Of a stretch of DNA of 64,000 nucleotides, positions 22,675-35,272 are shown one piece after another; the first letter of the stretch is position 1; every line of letters begins with the position of its first letter. The DNA comes from Utricularia gibba. Its lineage: Eukaryota; Plantae; Magnoliophyta. The notes beneath the pieces are model-generated. The model saw only the letters and a program-made list of their open reading frames with translations, made no database searches and was not told the DNA's origin. The stretch lies in assembly GCA_002189035.1 (NCBI GenBank), contig NEEC01000014.1:1860001-1924000 (forward strand). The letters run 5' to 3'. The translations under genes were made by a program, and so were the position numbers.

Positions 22675-24332
22675 ATGTCGCGTAGAGAAGGCCGTGACTC
22701 CGACTCTAAGCGTTACAGGTCGCGTTCCGACCGCGAACCGAGGTATGGATTGAAAATTGACCTACAATTAGAGGTGTTTAGATTGTTTCCGCATGAGGAT
22801 TTTTCGGTTCTTAGATGAAAACCGTGAGTGTACGCGATGAATTTAGGCCTGAGACAGTCGGTCAACTGGCATGATGATAATGTGTGCTCTGATGCTTAAG
22901 TTTGTTCTCAAGAGTTCATTTCCTAGGTTTTTTGGGAGTATCTTGTGTTCACTATTTTGCTAATTTTCGTTTTTTCATGATGATTTCTCGTATTATGTTT
23001 TTTTAGGGTTTTTTTACTCTAATTTCTTGCTCGGAAATGTTTATACTATTGAAAGGTGTCCTTTTTTAAAAAGAATCTTACAATATGAATGTTCTAACCT
23101 CATGCTGATGAATGCAGCCCCAAGAGATACAAGAGGGAAGATGAACGGAAAAACGAGAAACCATCGAACAAGACTCAGTTGGATAAAGATGCAGACGAGA
23201 ATAGGAAGTTCAGGCAGAGTTTCCCGGACCCGCACACTAAAGCCCCATTGCCTCCACGTCCAGAATCAGAGACTGTGGCTTTGATGAAGGAAACTGAGAA
23301 GAAAGAAGAAAGACATAAAGATGCTACAAAGCATCTTAGTGATCCGAGTAAAGTAGAATGGTCTCGCACATATTTCCAGGTGATGATCTTCAATTTTTGG
23401 AGTGATGGATTTCTCATTGAAACTATAGGAACCTTCCATGATTTTCATTTTTTTTTATATCTGAGTCTCGATGAGCATTCCTTGTTGAATTTTGATGTAT
23501 GCTTCAGGCAGTGGTTCTTATACAGGTTACTCATTGTAAATATTGCGATAGCCAGATTATTGTTTCGGGTTCATCGTGGTGACTGCATTTAGTATAACCT
23601 TCATATAACCGTTTTGGGCCGCATGTTTGTCCTATAGCAGCATGATGATCGTGCAACCATTAGTCAAAGTGGAAGAAGCATCAATCGTAGGTCAGAGAGA
23701 GGTTGGTACCCACAGTATGGTGATAATATATGCCATTTTATTTCTTGTCACTTTTTGAAATCTTTTTTTGTTTTTCAGACGTTGGTCCATGGAGGTATTC
23801 CAGAGATCATCTTAATGGCCGAGAAGAAACATATCCACGCCGGAGGAATGAGGCATATGAACACAATAAAAAGGATGATCGCGTTTGGAGGCACGATGGG
23901 TTCTTTGAAATGGAAGCGAATCCCAAGCCTGTTGTGAGTAAGAGGCCATCGTTCAGAGAACAGAAGACTCAACCAGAACCTACGAGTTTGGGTGACAAAA
24001 TTGTAGCAAATCCTGTCGCCAGAAACCCTCATGACCATTCCATGGATGCAGGAAGGAGGGACCAGAGGTGGCACTCGTCTGATAGGTCATATAGACCTGA
24101 AAGACCACTTGCAAGGGATACGGTGCTTGGTCGTGGAGAACCATGGGGTGAAAGGCATGGTGGAAGTAGATTCAGAGGCAGGGAGCGGCTTCCTCCCCGG
24201 CAAGACTATCGTCCAACCGGAGGCTTTGTTGAAAAATGGAAGCATGACTTATATGACGAGGCCAACAAAAGTCCACCCCCTAAGAATGAAGAAGACCAGA
24301 TTTCAAAGATCGAAGCCCTTTTGGCATCATAA
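22675..24332 (+). CDS. Arg/Asp-rich plant protein of Btz (CASC3/Barentsz)-domain-like type
   Basis: Exons 22675-22742, 23118-23379, 23641-23701, 23779-24332. MSRREGRDSDSKRYRSRSDREPSPKR; SRTYFQHDDR; VWRHDGFFEME; WKHDLYDEANKSPPPKNEEDQISKIEALLAS. Family label from recalled motifs. Confidence 0.75.
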
Positions 24333-24847
24333 GGTTCATTTCCAACACAAGCACCCCATTCCCAAGGCCTAAATCATTGTTTTGCAAGTACCATGCTTAT
24401 GTTTCAGACATCAGTCCTAGGCTGCTGTAAAATTTTACTTCCATCGCAGTGGTTTCGTGCTTGTCTGTGGGCACATTGACTACTAATGCCAGCATCGTTT
24501 GTGATTCTCATATTGGTGTTTCTAAATGTGGCTAAAGCCTACATGAATGCCAATCAGATGTGGGCATGCAATTTACTAAAAATACAGAAGAGAGAACAAA
24601 GCAATTCATTGGTTCTGATTGCCTCATATTCACGCCTCATTGGTTCTGCTCTTCTGCTTTCTTTTTGTTTTATTCTCCTTGCAGGAATGGCCAAGCCGCA
24701 TCTTTCAATTTCTGGGATGTAGGACAAGAGTGATATGGATCTTTTTGAAACTTTAGAATCAGGAGGAGGATTCTGCATCTGAGGCACCATTACTTGCTTT
24801 TTTTTTTTTCGGATTGTTCCTGCCTGGCCGTTTATTGAAGGGAAAAA

Positions 24848-26950
24848 ATGGTTTCTTTGAAAAGTGGGGTTCTTTTGAAGCTGCTCGAAGCAATGAAAAT
24901 GGAGGACTGTGATACCCAGGACGATCCTGAAAAGGCAGTCATGTTGCAAATCAGAAGCATAATCCCTGTTCTTGAAGAAGGTGATTTATGGCCTAACCGG
25001 GGGTTTTTCCTCAAGGTTTCAGATTTATCTCATGCGATATATGTTTCATTGTCCGAAGAAGAGAATGAGATGATTCTTGGAAACAAATTGAAACTGGGGC
25101 AGTTCATATATGTCCAGAAACTGGAAAATTCTGATCCTGTTCCGTTGCTGAGAGGAATTACGCTGCTTCCATGGCGGAGCCCATGCGAAGGTATGCCTGA
25201 AGATATTGCGTCTCCAGTCACATTCCTCAACTTTCTTGAATCAAGCGATGTTGGTTCAATGATAGAAAAAGGTGTCATCTGCGAGGAAAAGATCACCAAA
25301 ACTAAGAACGCCGAGGATTTTGATCCCTTTTACAGAATAAGCGAGAAACCTAAAGCTAGAGCGGAAGATTTTGAGAAATGCACTTCTGTTAATGATCCAG
25401 ATTGCTTTGGTAACGATAGTGATGCTGATAGTGTGATTTCCTCTGCTTCTTCTTCTCGTACTTTGAGGAGGAGGAGCTGGAACGAATCAGATCTTTATGG
25501 GGTGAAGCAAATTTTTGATTCCTCTGTCGCTAAGAGGAAGATCAAGCTGCCTCCTCGAAGTCGCAGTGCAAATGTAAGTTGCTGCCCCTGTATCTCAAGA
25601 TATGTGCATGAAATTCACGTAGATGTCTTTTATGGTGTCGACAGGTTTCGCCTGTTCGTTCCTCGAGGTACGAGAGTTCAGATGACAATTCGAGTACTTC
25701 ATCGAGAAGAAAATCAAACTTTTCTACGAAGAGACCTATCAGCAACTCTACAAAAGGAGTGGCTAAGAAGGGATTCAAGGCCCGATCTCAGAGTTTGTTA
25801 AACGAAAGTAAACGAGTAGGCACAGGAATATCATGGAATTCCTTGCCTCCAGATATAGCCATGCTTGGCAAGGTAGCTGTTTTGCTCCTTGGTCTGTTTC
25901 TGAGATTTCATTTTTTTTTAAGCAGAACAACGTCTTTGTGTTCTGTAAGAATATGTTTCTTAATGTGAATGATTTGATCTGCTCTTACATGAAGGATGTG
26001 GTGAGGCAGAAAGAAATCGCTCTTCTTGCTGCCGCCCAAGCTCTGCAGGAAGCCTGTGTTTCTGAGAGATTACTCAACTCCTTGAGGTAAGGAAACCGGC
26101 AGTGTGTTCACACTGCATGTGCTTGGTTTTGTCTCGATTCATACACGTAAGAGAAGACAAATTGAAGCTCAGATACGCCCTTTCTTGTGCCTGTAGCAAG
26201 TTTTCGCAGTTTTCATTGGTTGAGTTCGACGGTCTTCAGCTAAATGTGGACAAGTTCTTTGAACTTGAAGAGGAATTGGCTCGCAGTCGGTTGATAATGC
26301 GGTCATTGACAAATATAAGCCCTTCGGAGACAAGCCCTGGTAGCTCCATCAAAGAAACACTGAGCATTGCTGTTGAAAGGAAGAGAGCTACTATGGCATG
26401 GTTAAGATCTGCTGTGGCTGTTGATCTCTCACTCTCTTCAGCACCATCTCCCCGGAATCGTATGGATGATTCAACGAAGAAAACCAGCACTCAGCCTCGA
26501 ACCAGATGCATCTTAGAAACGGACAGGATCAGCACTAGCAGCGTAGACACTCCTCCCTATATGCATTCTGATAAAGAAGAGCAGGTTGGTTGGAGTAGGG
26601 GTTGCTCTCTACCTGCAGCAGCCAGCTTGGCTACCTCCTTGCAAGAAGAATCGAGAAAAGTACTGCTGATTAATGTCGAAAAATTCGTAGACGAAGTGGA
26701 GAGAAGAAGCTCTGGGATAGAGTTGGATGGAGAGATGGCTGCAACAATGCATAAAGTGAAAATGGCGAGTGATTTGCTTGACATGATTGTGAACAGACAT
26801 GGGAACGACACTTGTACCAAAGAAGGTGGCTTGGATGAACCTGAGGCCGAGCTTTACGGAAGAGTGAGGAACAAGATTTACAGGATCTTGCTGAAACACG
26901 TTGAAAGGACAACCATGGAATTTCATCGTCTCAAGATCCCATGCAGATAA
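24848..26950 (+). CDS. DUF936 family protein (CORD-like microtubule-associated family)
   Basis: MVSLKSGVLLKLLEAM; VMLQIRSIIPVLEEGDLWPNRGFFLKVSDLSHAIYVSL; LKLGQFIYVQKLE..PVPLLRG. Exons 24848-25573, 25645-25872, 25995-26086, 26197-26950. Confidence 0.85.
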
Positions 26951-27406
26951 GAAAGTAGTTACCATATTGATAGCTCAGTGACTGCAGCTCAAGGTTCCTG
27001 CAAGAAGGTGAAAACATCAAGATTTCTGTAAGAAGTTGAACAGTCACACCCTGTCTATCTCCTGCCCCTACTGCCAAAGAGCCAGGCAAGCTGTTTACTT
27101 GCTGGCACAATTGCAAGAAATCGGCTTCCAATATAATGGGCCGTTTATTTTGCTGTTAACCAAACTCAACGGTAATTGAACAAGGGGTGACTGTGACTGT
27201 TGTATCCAAAGAAAAAGGAAATAATGTGTTTTGAAGTCTCCCCTGTACTCCGACACTCGGTCTTCTTCGTGCTTGACTTCACGATAGGCTATACCACTGT
27301 AGGACGACTTTAAAAGACCCCTTCAGATCTAATTATTGTCACCCAGAAAATATTTGCACGAAAGTGCAGCTTCCTTGCTTTCAGGATTGTTGTCGAGCTT
27401 CCTGAA

Positions 27407-30285
27407 ATGGGTTTTGGTAGACGATCAAAAGAGATATTTTGTTTAGTGTTAATTGTTGCGCAGGTTGCGTTTTGTAGGTTTGTGGTGGAGAAGAACAGTT
27501 TGAGGGTAGTATCGCCGGAGAGTATCAAGGGAATTCACGACAGTGCTATCGGGAACTTCGGGATTCCCCAATATGGGGGAAGTATGGCTGGAACTGTCAC
27601 TTACCCAAAACAAAATATGAAAGGTTGCAAGAGCTTTGACGATTATGGGATTTCCTTTAAGCCAAGCGCGGGAGCTTTGCCTACCTTTGTGCTCCTTGAT
27701 CGTGGAGGTATGTAATAATCCCTAATTTTATTTCAGTGCCAAACTTGTGGGCGGCTTTGAATCTCGAGTTATAGGCTGATTTACATCTTGTTTTCTTTAG
27801 GTCAGGTGTTCCCATTTTAGATCCTTTGCTTTTGAATGTTAGTTTACCTTCCTGGCAAATCTTTGTGCTTCTGATGTATGTTTCTGTTAGCTTGTTCTTT
27901 ATCATAGAGATTTTTTCCTTGGGTTGTGGAATTTGCAATGACTTGTATTGCAGATTGCTTTTTTGCAATGAAGGTTTGGAATGCCCAAAATGCCAACGCT
28001 GCAGCAGTTCTGGTGGCTGACAATCTTGATGAAGCGCTGATAACGATGGATACCCCTGGGGAAGATGGATCATCTGCAGTATACATTTCCAATATCACTA
28101 TACCATCCGCACTGGTCTCAAAGAGTTTTGGTGAAAAGTTAAAGAAAGCAATAAGCGACGGTGAGATGGTAAATGTCAATCTTGATTGGAGAGAATCCGT
28201 GCCTCATCCAGATGCTCGAGTGGAATATGAATTGTGGAGTAACAGCAATGATGAATGTGGTGCCAAGTGTGATATGATAATGGAATTCATGAAGGATTTC
28301 AGGGGCGCAGCCCAAGTTCTCGAAAAAGGCGGCTACACTCAGTTTACACCTCATTATATAACTTGGTATTGTCCACAAGCATTCACGATGAGCAGACAAT
28401 GCAAGTCTCAGTGTCTCAACAATGGACGATACTGCGCTCCAGACCCCGAACAGGATTTTGAATCTGGCTATAATGGTAAAGACGTTGTCCTGGAGAACTT
28501 GAGACAGCTTTGTGTTTTCAGAGTGGCAAACGAGACAAAAAAGCCATGGATTTGGTGGGACTATGTCACAGATTTCCACATTAGATGCCCAATGAAGGAG
28601 AAGAAGTATAACAAGGAGTGTGCTGATGGTGTAATCCGATCTTTAGGTAGTAATTACCCACTATTTATGAATCTGCATGTGCTTTTCCTCATTTCCTTTT
28701 TCTTGCTGGTGGTATAGGCCTTGATCACGGAAAAATCGAAAAGTGTATGGGCGACCCTGATGCTGATGCAGAAAATCCTGTCCTAAAGGAAGAACAGGAT
28801 TCTCAAGTTAGTATACTGAATGCCCTCGATCCATTATTAAATGTTATTTGAAAATTGATTGATGGGGTAAAAGCGATGTAGATTGGGAAGGGATCACGTG
28901 GTGATGTAACCATTTTACCAACTCTGATCGTGAACAACCGTCAGTATCGAGGTCTGTACGAGACCTTCATTTGGTGTTCGAAGTTATCTAGCATCCATCT
29001 CTAGCTTCCTTGTTCTTCTTCTCTTAGGAAAATTGGAGAAAGGTGCTGTTTTGAAGGCTCTTTGTGCTGGTTTCGAGGAGACTACAGACCCATCAGCTTG
29101 CTTGAGTGGTGGTATGTTAAGCTTCCTGTGTGTCCATTCTAAGCGATGCACTTGGAACTGACCATGTTCGCATCCAGATGTTGAAACAAATGAGTGCTTG
29201 GACAACAATGGCGGCTGCTGGCAGGACAAAACAATGAATATTACTGCTTGCAAGGTCAATTCATGATACCTACTCTCATGTCCGAGAATATCTTTTCATG
29301 GTCCCTTCACCTGCTATCTCAGGACACCTTCCGAGGGAGAGTCTGCGAATGCCCCACCGTTAATGGTGTTCAGTTCAAGGGAGATGGCTACAGCTCGTGT
29401 GTCGGTACATACTTTCTAGGAGCAAGCAGTTCACTTCCTTTTTCACGCAAGTCACGTACCTCCTGTGTTATGATTGCAGCAAGTGGCCCTGGACGATGTA
29501 GAATAAGTGAGGGAGGATGCTGGCACAAAAGCAGAAATGGGATCGCATTCTCTGCTTGTGTGGTTAGTTCACCAGATAAAGCTTCTTTTTTTTTTTTTCT
29601 GGAGATAAACAAAAAAAAAAAGAAATGTTGATCCTTGGACTGACAGGATAGTGAAAATGAGCAATGCACTTGCCCGCCAGGATTCAAGGGTGATGGTGTC
29701 AAAAGCTGTGAAGGTGAACAATCGTCTGCTTCCCTTAATCCCCAGTTTCTTCCACTGTAAAACGTAGCCCTGATTTCCCCAAACTCGACAGATATTGATG
29801 AATGCAAGGAGAGGACAGCCTGCCAATGCTCCCAATGCAGCTGCAGGAACACATGGGGAAGCTACGAATGCAGCTGCGGCAGCGATCTCTTATACATCAG
29901 AGACCAAGATGCCTGCATAAGTGCGTCGTTCACTTAGCCGCCCCTTCTGTTCATCAATATCTACCAGAACAGGCTTCTAACTCTTCATCTCCAATCCTTT
30001 GTTGAAGGCAAAGGGGATGCCGGAGCCAGGCCAGCGTGGGTCATGGTTCTGATCGTTCTTCTGGTACTGGGCGTGGTGGCCGGCGGGGGATACCTCGTGT
30101 ACAAGCACAGGATAAGGGTAAGCAGAATCCTCCCTGGTGCTCTTCGTTGCAAATCCCCTTCATTGACGATTTTCCGGTGTGTTCAGACGTACATGGACTC
30201 TGAGATCAGGGCGATCATGGCTCAGTACATGCCTCTGGACAGTCAAACAGAAGTGCCCAACCACGTAGACGAGGCCCGCGCCTGA
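27407..30285 (+). CDS. VSR: Vacuolar sorting receptor (BP-80/VSR3-VSR4-like)
   Basis: [11 protein letters not shown]; [14 protein letters not shown]; PA domain; [17 protein letters not shown]; three EGF repeats; transmembrane helix; cytosolic tail [19 protein letters not shown]. About 12 exons. Confidence 0.95.
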
Positions 30286-31455
30286 ACTCCACACAGCACC
30301 GCCATCGGAGCTCCGGTCACCCCGTAGGTTACTACAGAATGAGATACATCACAAGGTCTATTTTGTATTACAGAATGAGTTTTTTAGGCACACACACAGT
30401 AACACGCACGCTTGGACATGGTTTTAGTTTTAGACAATTTATAACTAAAATTTATTTTGTTATGGTGGATGCGTTGCCTGGCGGGCGAAGAAAAGGATGG
30501 AATGGGGGTTGTGGCAAAGCATTAGGACACGACACGAACCGTTAGGCACCACGTGGGAGCACAAAAGGTAGAGTTACGTGTTGGAAGAGAGGCCACTGGC
30601 CAGGCTTGAAACTTGGGAAAAAGCATGAACACAGTCGGGCACGAGAAACATACGTCAACCGGAAACCCCGATGCCTTCCCCTTTGGCTGGCACATCCACT
30701 TCATGCTTTCTGTCAACAACATTCACCGTCAACCCACAAAGAGAATAACGCGCAAGCTAAAGAACCAGCTGCTCTGCATTGCCGTCGACGCCTCGCCGCC
30801 GGCAACGACGCCGACGACCACACACACACACTCTTCTGTGTCTTTGCAGTTCTCTGCGCTGCGCATGCAGCTCCAAATACGGCAAGATGGTGGACGCATA
30901 GAAATGTATTAAACCAGATGAATAACTTCTTACACACCGGGAAAGAACCCCTTGTTTAAAACTTGAGACACGTGCGCGCCTCCCCAACGTGACATGACAG
31001 CATTAATATTAATTGAGTTCAGACAAACATTATGGCATCTTTTTCATGTTGTTAAAAGTTTATGTTTTATTTTTCAGATGCGAACACGTGATTTTATTCC
31101 ATGTATTGGTGTAGATTGAGTCCCTGGGTTGTGAATGGGGAGGCGGTTCGGTCACGTGATGGGTTGGTTCGGTCAGGCTCACGCATCACGGGTTTACGTG
31201 TCGAGTAAGAACCTTCCCACGCGTTTCCAGAACCCTGAATTGGGGCTACCCCTCGCTGAAGTTTCCCGAGCTTTATCTCTTAATACGTAATTAGTGACTA
31301 ATTAAACACGCCTGGACTGGGCTTAGACTTACACAACTTCTCCACCGCCATTTCCCACGCAACCGACTCTCAATTCGCGTGGGTGCGCCTCTTCTATATA
31401 TAGGCTACCACTCCTTCTCGCCTACTCTCTCACTCGAAATACGCGTTTCTTCTTC

Positions 31456-32088
31456 ATGGCTCTCGACGCGCTCAATTCAACCGCCCTGCCGACGAGTACC
31501 AAGATCACCCGCCGCCTGGAGGACATAGGAGCTTGGACTGAATCCGATAGATCCAAGCGGCATAGAGGAGGAGGAGGGGGAGGAGTCTGCGATTCTTCGA
31601 TGACGGAGGAGGAGTATCTCGCCTTCTGTCTCATCATGCTCGCTCGCGGCGGAGGCGGTGCGGATGCGGTTTATTCGTCTGCAACACCCTCAGCGCCGGT
31701 GGACGGGGGTGGTTACAAGTGCACCGTCTGCGATAAGGCCTTTTCTTCGTACCAAGCACTCGGCGGGCACAAAGCCAGCCACCGATCCAGGCCTCCAGTT
31801 GCGTCGTCGCCTAGTGGCGAATCAACCGCCGTCAACGATTCTTCCAATCCGATAGGAAGAATCCACGAGTGCTCCGTGTGCGGGAAGTCTTTCCCCACCG
31901 GCCAAGCCCTCGGCGGCCACAAGCGTAAGCACTACGAAGGCGTGATTGGCGGCGCGAAAAGCCGAACGAGTTCGTCAACCGGAAACCAGCCTTCTGTCCC
32001 TAGAAGCTTCGATTTGAATAGGCCAGCGTCGCCGGACCCCCAGGGCGAGGAGGCAGCCGAGAGCGGCGACACACTGCCGAAACCCTAG
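31456..32088 (+). CDS. ZAT10: Two-finger C2H2 zinc finger repressor, ZAT10/STZ-like
   Basis: Intronless 210 aa ORF with MALDALNS, L-box [16 protein letters not shown], two QALGGH fingers and a DLN (FDLNRP) EAR motif. TATA box at 31395-31402. Confidence 0.9.
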   Translation: MALDALNSTALPTSTKITRRLEDIGAWTESDRSKRHRGGGGGGVCDSSMTEEEYLAFCLIMLARGGGGADAVYSSATPSAPVDGGGYKCTVCDKAFSSYQALGGHKASHRSRPPVASSPSGESTAVNDSSNPIGRIHECSVCGKSFPTGQALGGHKRKHYEGVIGGAKSRTSSSTGNQPSVPRSFDLNRPASPDPQGEEAAESGDTLPKP

Positions 32089-35000
32089 CCTGCGAAATTC
32101 GTGTATTTGAATCCATTGTTGTGTGTAGCATTGCACAGATACATACAAGCCATTCATTCTTTCATTCATCCCAATTCCCTCTCTCATGTGATGTGCGTAC
32201 GTTCAGAAGAAATTGGGTGGGGGAGGGTACAACCAGCGGATGCAGCTCAGCTTCGTGAATTGTACGTCCGTTGGGAAGAAACTGGGAAGGAAGAAAGCGA
32301 ATGGGGGAGGGATTCTGTTCCTGCGGGGGCGTGGGTGGACTGCTACTGCTTCCCCACCCGCCAAGTAACCAACTTCCTCTAGAATATTCCAGTCCTAGTC
32401 TTTGATTAAAGGAATGCGTGGCGTGCTCCACACCGCTTTGTATATAATTCGATATATACATATATGCATACGTAATATTATTAAAATACGTAGATTTGTG
32501 TTTCATAGATATCTAATTTTTCATATCAGTAATAAGTCGTTTCGTATTAGTATTTTTAAATATAATATAATTAGGTATATACATATATTTAATTATATAT
32601 AATGTTTGATATCCGATAATATAAATATAAATATATGCATGGTATAAATATAATTTATCCCCTTTCCATTTGTGTATATTTTACACATATTTAAAAAATA
32701 AGTATGAAAATATTATAATTATATAAAATTGATATACATATGTTTATTAATTAAACATTGATTTATTTATAAAAGTAAGTATACTTTTTTTTATATTATA
32801 CCATCAAACACTTTTTAAGTATCACTATTTACTAAGAATATAATTAATAACATAAAGTAATTCTTTTTATTGAATCCACACTATGCCTTTTTGGAAATAT
32901 GGGCTGGACTATGAGATAGCTAATGTGGATGAAAATGCGAGAATATGGGCCTCTCGAGGCGGCCCAAGTCCACATGAATGGGCCTGCGATCACGCCAAGA
33001 GTAAGCGAGCGGCGTAGCCGGGAAGTTGGGATTGGGGATCCGATCTGCCCTGAGCTGAATCCTGATCCCATCCCATGATGGGAACGATCGTAGGCTGCTG
33101 CCTGCAATCGTAGCCTTTTCAATTAAATGACCCTGCAATTCGCCCTACTCCTTAAATGCACCGCCTCCGCCTCGGACACCACAACCTGCCGGAGATCCGA
33201 CGGGTTCCCAACCAGAACACGCGCTCCCCCTATTCAGTATAGGGTTAGGCTTCAATTTACATCAAATATGACTAATTTGAAAAAATATTTAAAGACAATT
33301 TTTTATTATGTATGTAATAAAAAGTTATATATATAATACTTAGAAGAAAAAAATATTCATATGTGTCCATCAATAATGGCATTCACGATTCCAAACTAGT
33401 CAACCAAACATACAGTATAGTTTCACACTTTACTTTTTTACCAATTATAATTACATTATATACACAAAATATCTATTTCTGGACCAAAAAAAACACGTCT
33501 CTCGTTTTGTTTTTTAAAAAAAGAAAATAGAAAACATCGCGGAGTTACACGTCGGCAGCGTCGTACGTATGACAAGTGCTAATAAAAATATTTGTTGATA
33601 TTACGTGACCCAATGATGTGGACCCCATTAATATACATACAATAAAACCTTATATTATATTTTCCTAATGGTAAGTAATTCTTTGCTTTGTGGTCGGCAG
33701 GTTCGATTGCATGTTAATTTGCACATTTTTTTTGTTAAAAAAAATCTATTTTTTAAAACGAGTGGTGGGGTTTGTGGAATAATTAATATTAATTGCAGAT
33801 TGGGGCTTTTACTCTCTCCAAATTAAACTTTGATGGATGGGTGGACACGGGACTCGTCATTGGTGCGTACTCTTAAATACTGGTATTAATATTATAATGA
33901 AGCACGAGAAATGTGGTATTTTTAAAAAGGAATAAATATTATTTTGAGAATAGTTTTCAAGCACGTTTTTTATGTGATTCAAAGTCATCTAGTTTCATTT
34001 GTTTTTGCATAAAACAGGCAGGCGTATGAAGGAAGAGTAAGCTGAGAAAGAGTTTTATTTTGTGGGTGGGATGCCTTAACTTTCGTTGATTTCTACGACA
34101 TTGCTGGGGTTTAGACAGACAGAGGACACAGGGAGCAAGAAAGCTGAGTATGAGTGTGGTTTGGGGTGTCACCTCTGGGGATCAAGCTTCTTGTCTTGAT
34201 CCACGACGACGAGCAAAACAAATGTTGTCTAGTACGGCTTCCTTGTTGCTTGTCTCTACTTTCTCAACGAATTCTCCAACACAGGTCCCAGAGTCACTGG
34301 AAAAGGAGATGCCGCTGCAGACACGGTATGACGCTTGCTGCTGCTTGTTATGGTTAAAGGAAGAAAGAAGAGATTTTTATGGGGCTTTCACCTTTTATCT
34401 CTGACTCATTTGCATGCGACCTTTGCTTTATTCTCTGTCTTTGTATTCTCTATCAGATCACTGTTATGAGAGTAAAGTAAAATTCAACAGTAAAAAACAT
34501 TTCTTTTTCTTGGGTTTTCTGGATTTGCTTATGCAAATAGCAGCGGCTGCGGTCTGTACTGCTTCTTTGTGGGTATAGGTTTTTGTTTGTGGGGTGCTTC
34601 GCAATTTGTGGCGACATTTTTTTTGTATTTTTTTTCTTACGTAAACGCACATGGCGGTGGCTCGTTTCTCAGTTGTTTGATCGGCGATTTCACACTGCCG
34701 TTGGTTTTTGAAGCTCCGTCTTGTGTACTTTATTCTGGCATTGTAGTTTCTGTAACAGTAACCTAAAGATATTCTCTTTTATTTCTACAGTCCAATGCCT
34801 TAGAACCTGAAGATCCCAAGTGCTCTTGGTTCTCTCTTGTTGCTGTAGACAGATCTTTCAGGAATCAGGAAACCCAGGACCCCATTTCTTCTCTGGTTTT
34901 CTTCCCACACAACACAAGCATGCTTTGCCTTCATTTTCTGGAAGCTGTTTTGTAGCGCGCTGTATCCCATCTGTCTCCTTAGCTTTCAAAGAAAATCGCG

Positions 35001-35272
35001 TTCTGCCTTAATTGCTGCGGGGGTTCCGTTCTTTTCCTCCGACCCACGTCGAGAACCCTCTGTTTTCCAGTAAAAATCGCCCATACTGAGAAAGAAATCT
35101 GGTCCCCACAACTATAAAGTGCAGCGTTTTGAAGTTGCCATCTTCATGCTTTTTCTTGATTTGAACCCGCGTTGTGTTGCTGGGAATGTTTGAAAAGCTG
35201 TCCGCTTGTTTTGCTGCAAAGCACAGAGTCGAAGCCCTAGAGGAGTGCGGGGTTTTCTGAAAAAATATCAGG

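Noticed and set aside
32420-32870. Very AT-rich low-complexity tract
   Set aside because: No TIR, TSD or regular period found.
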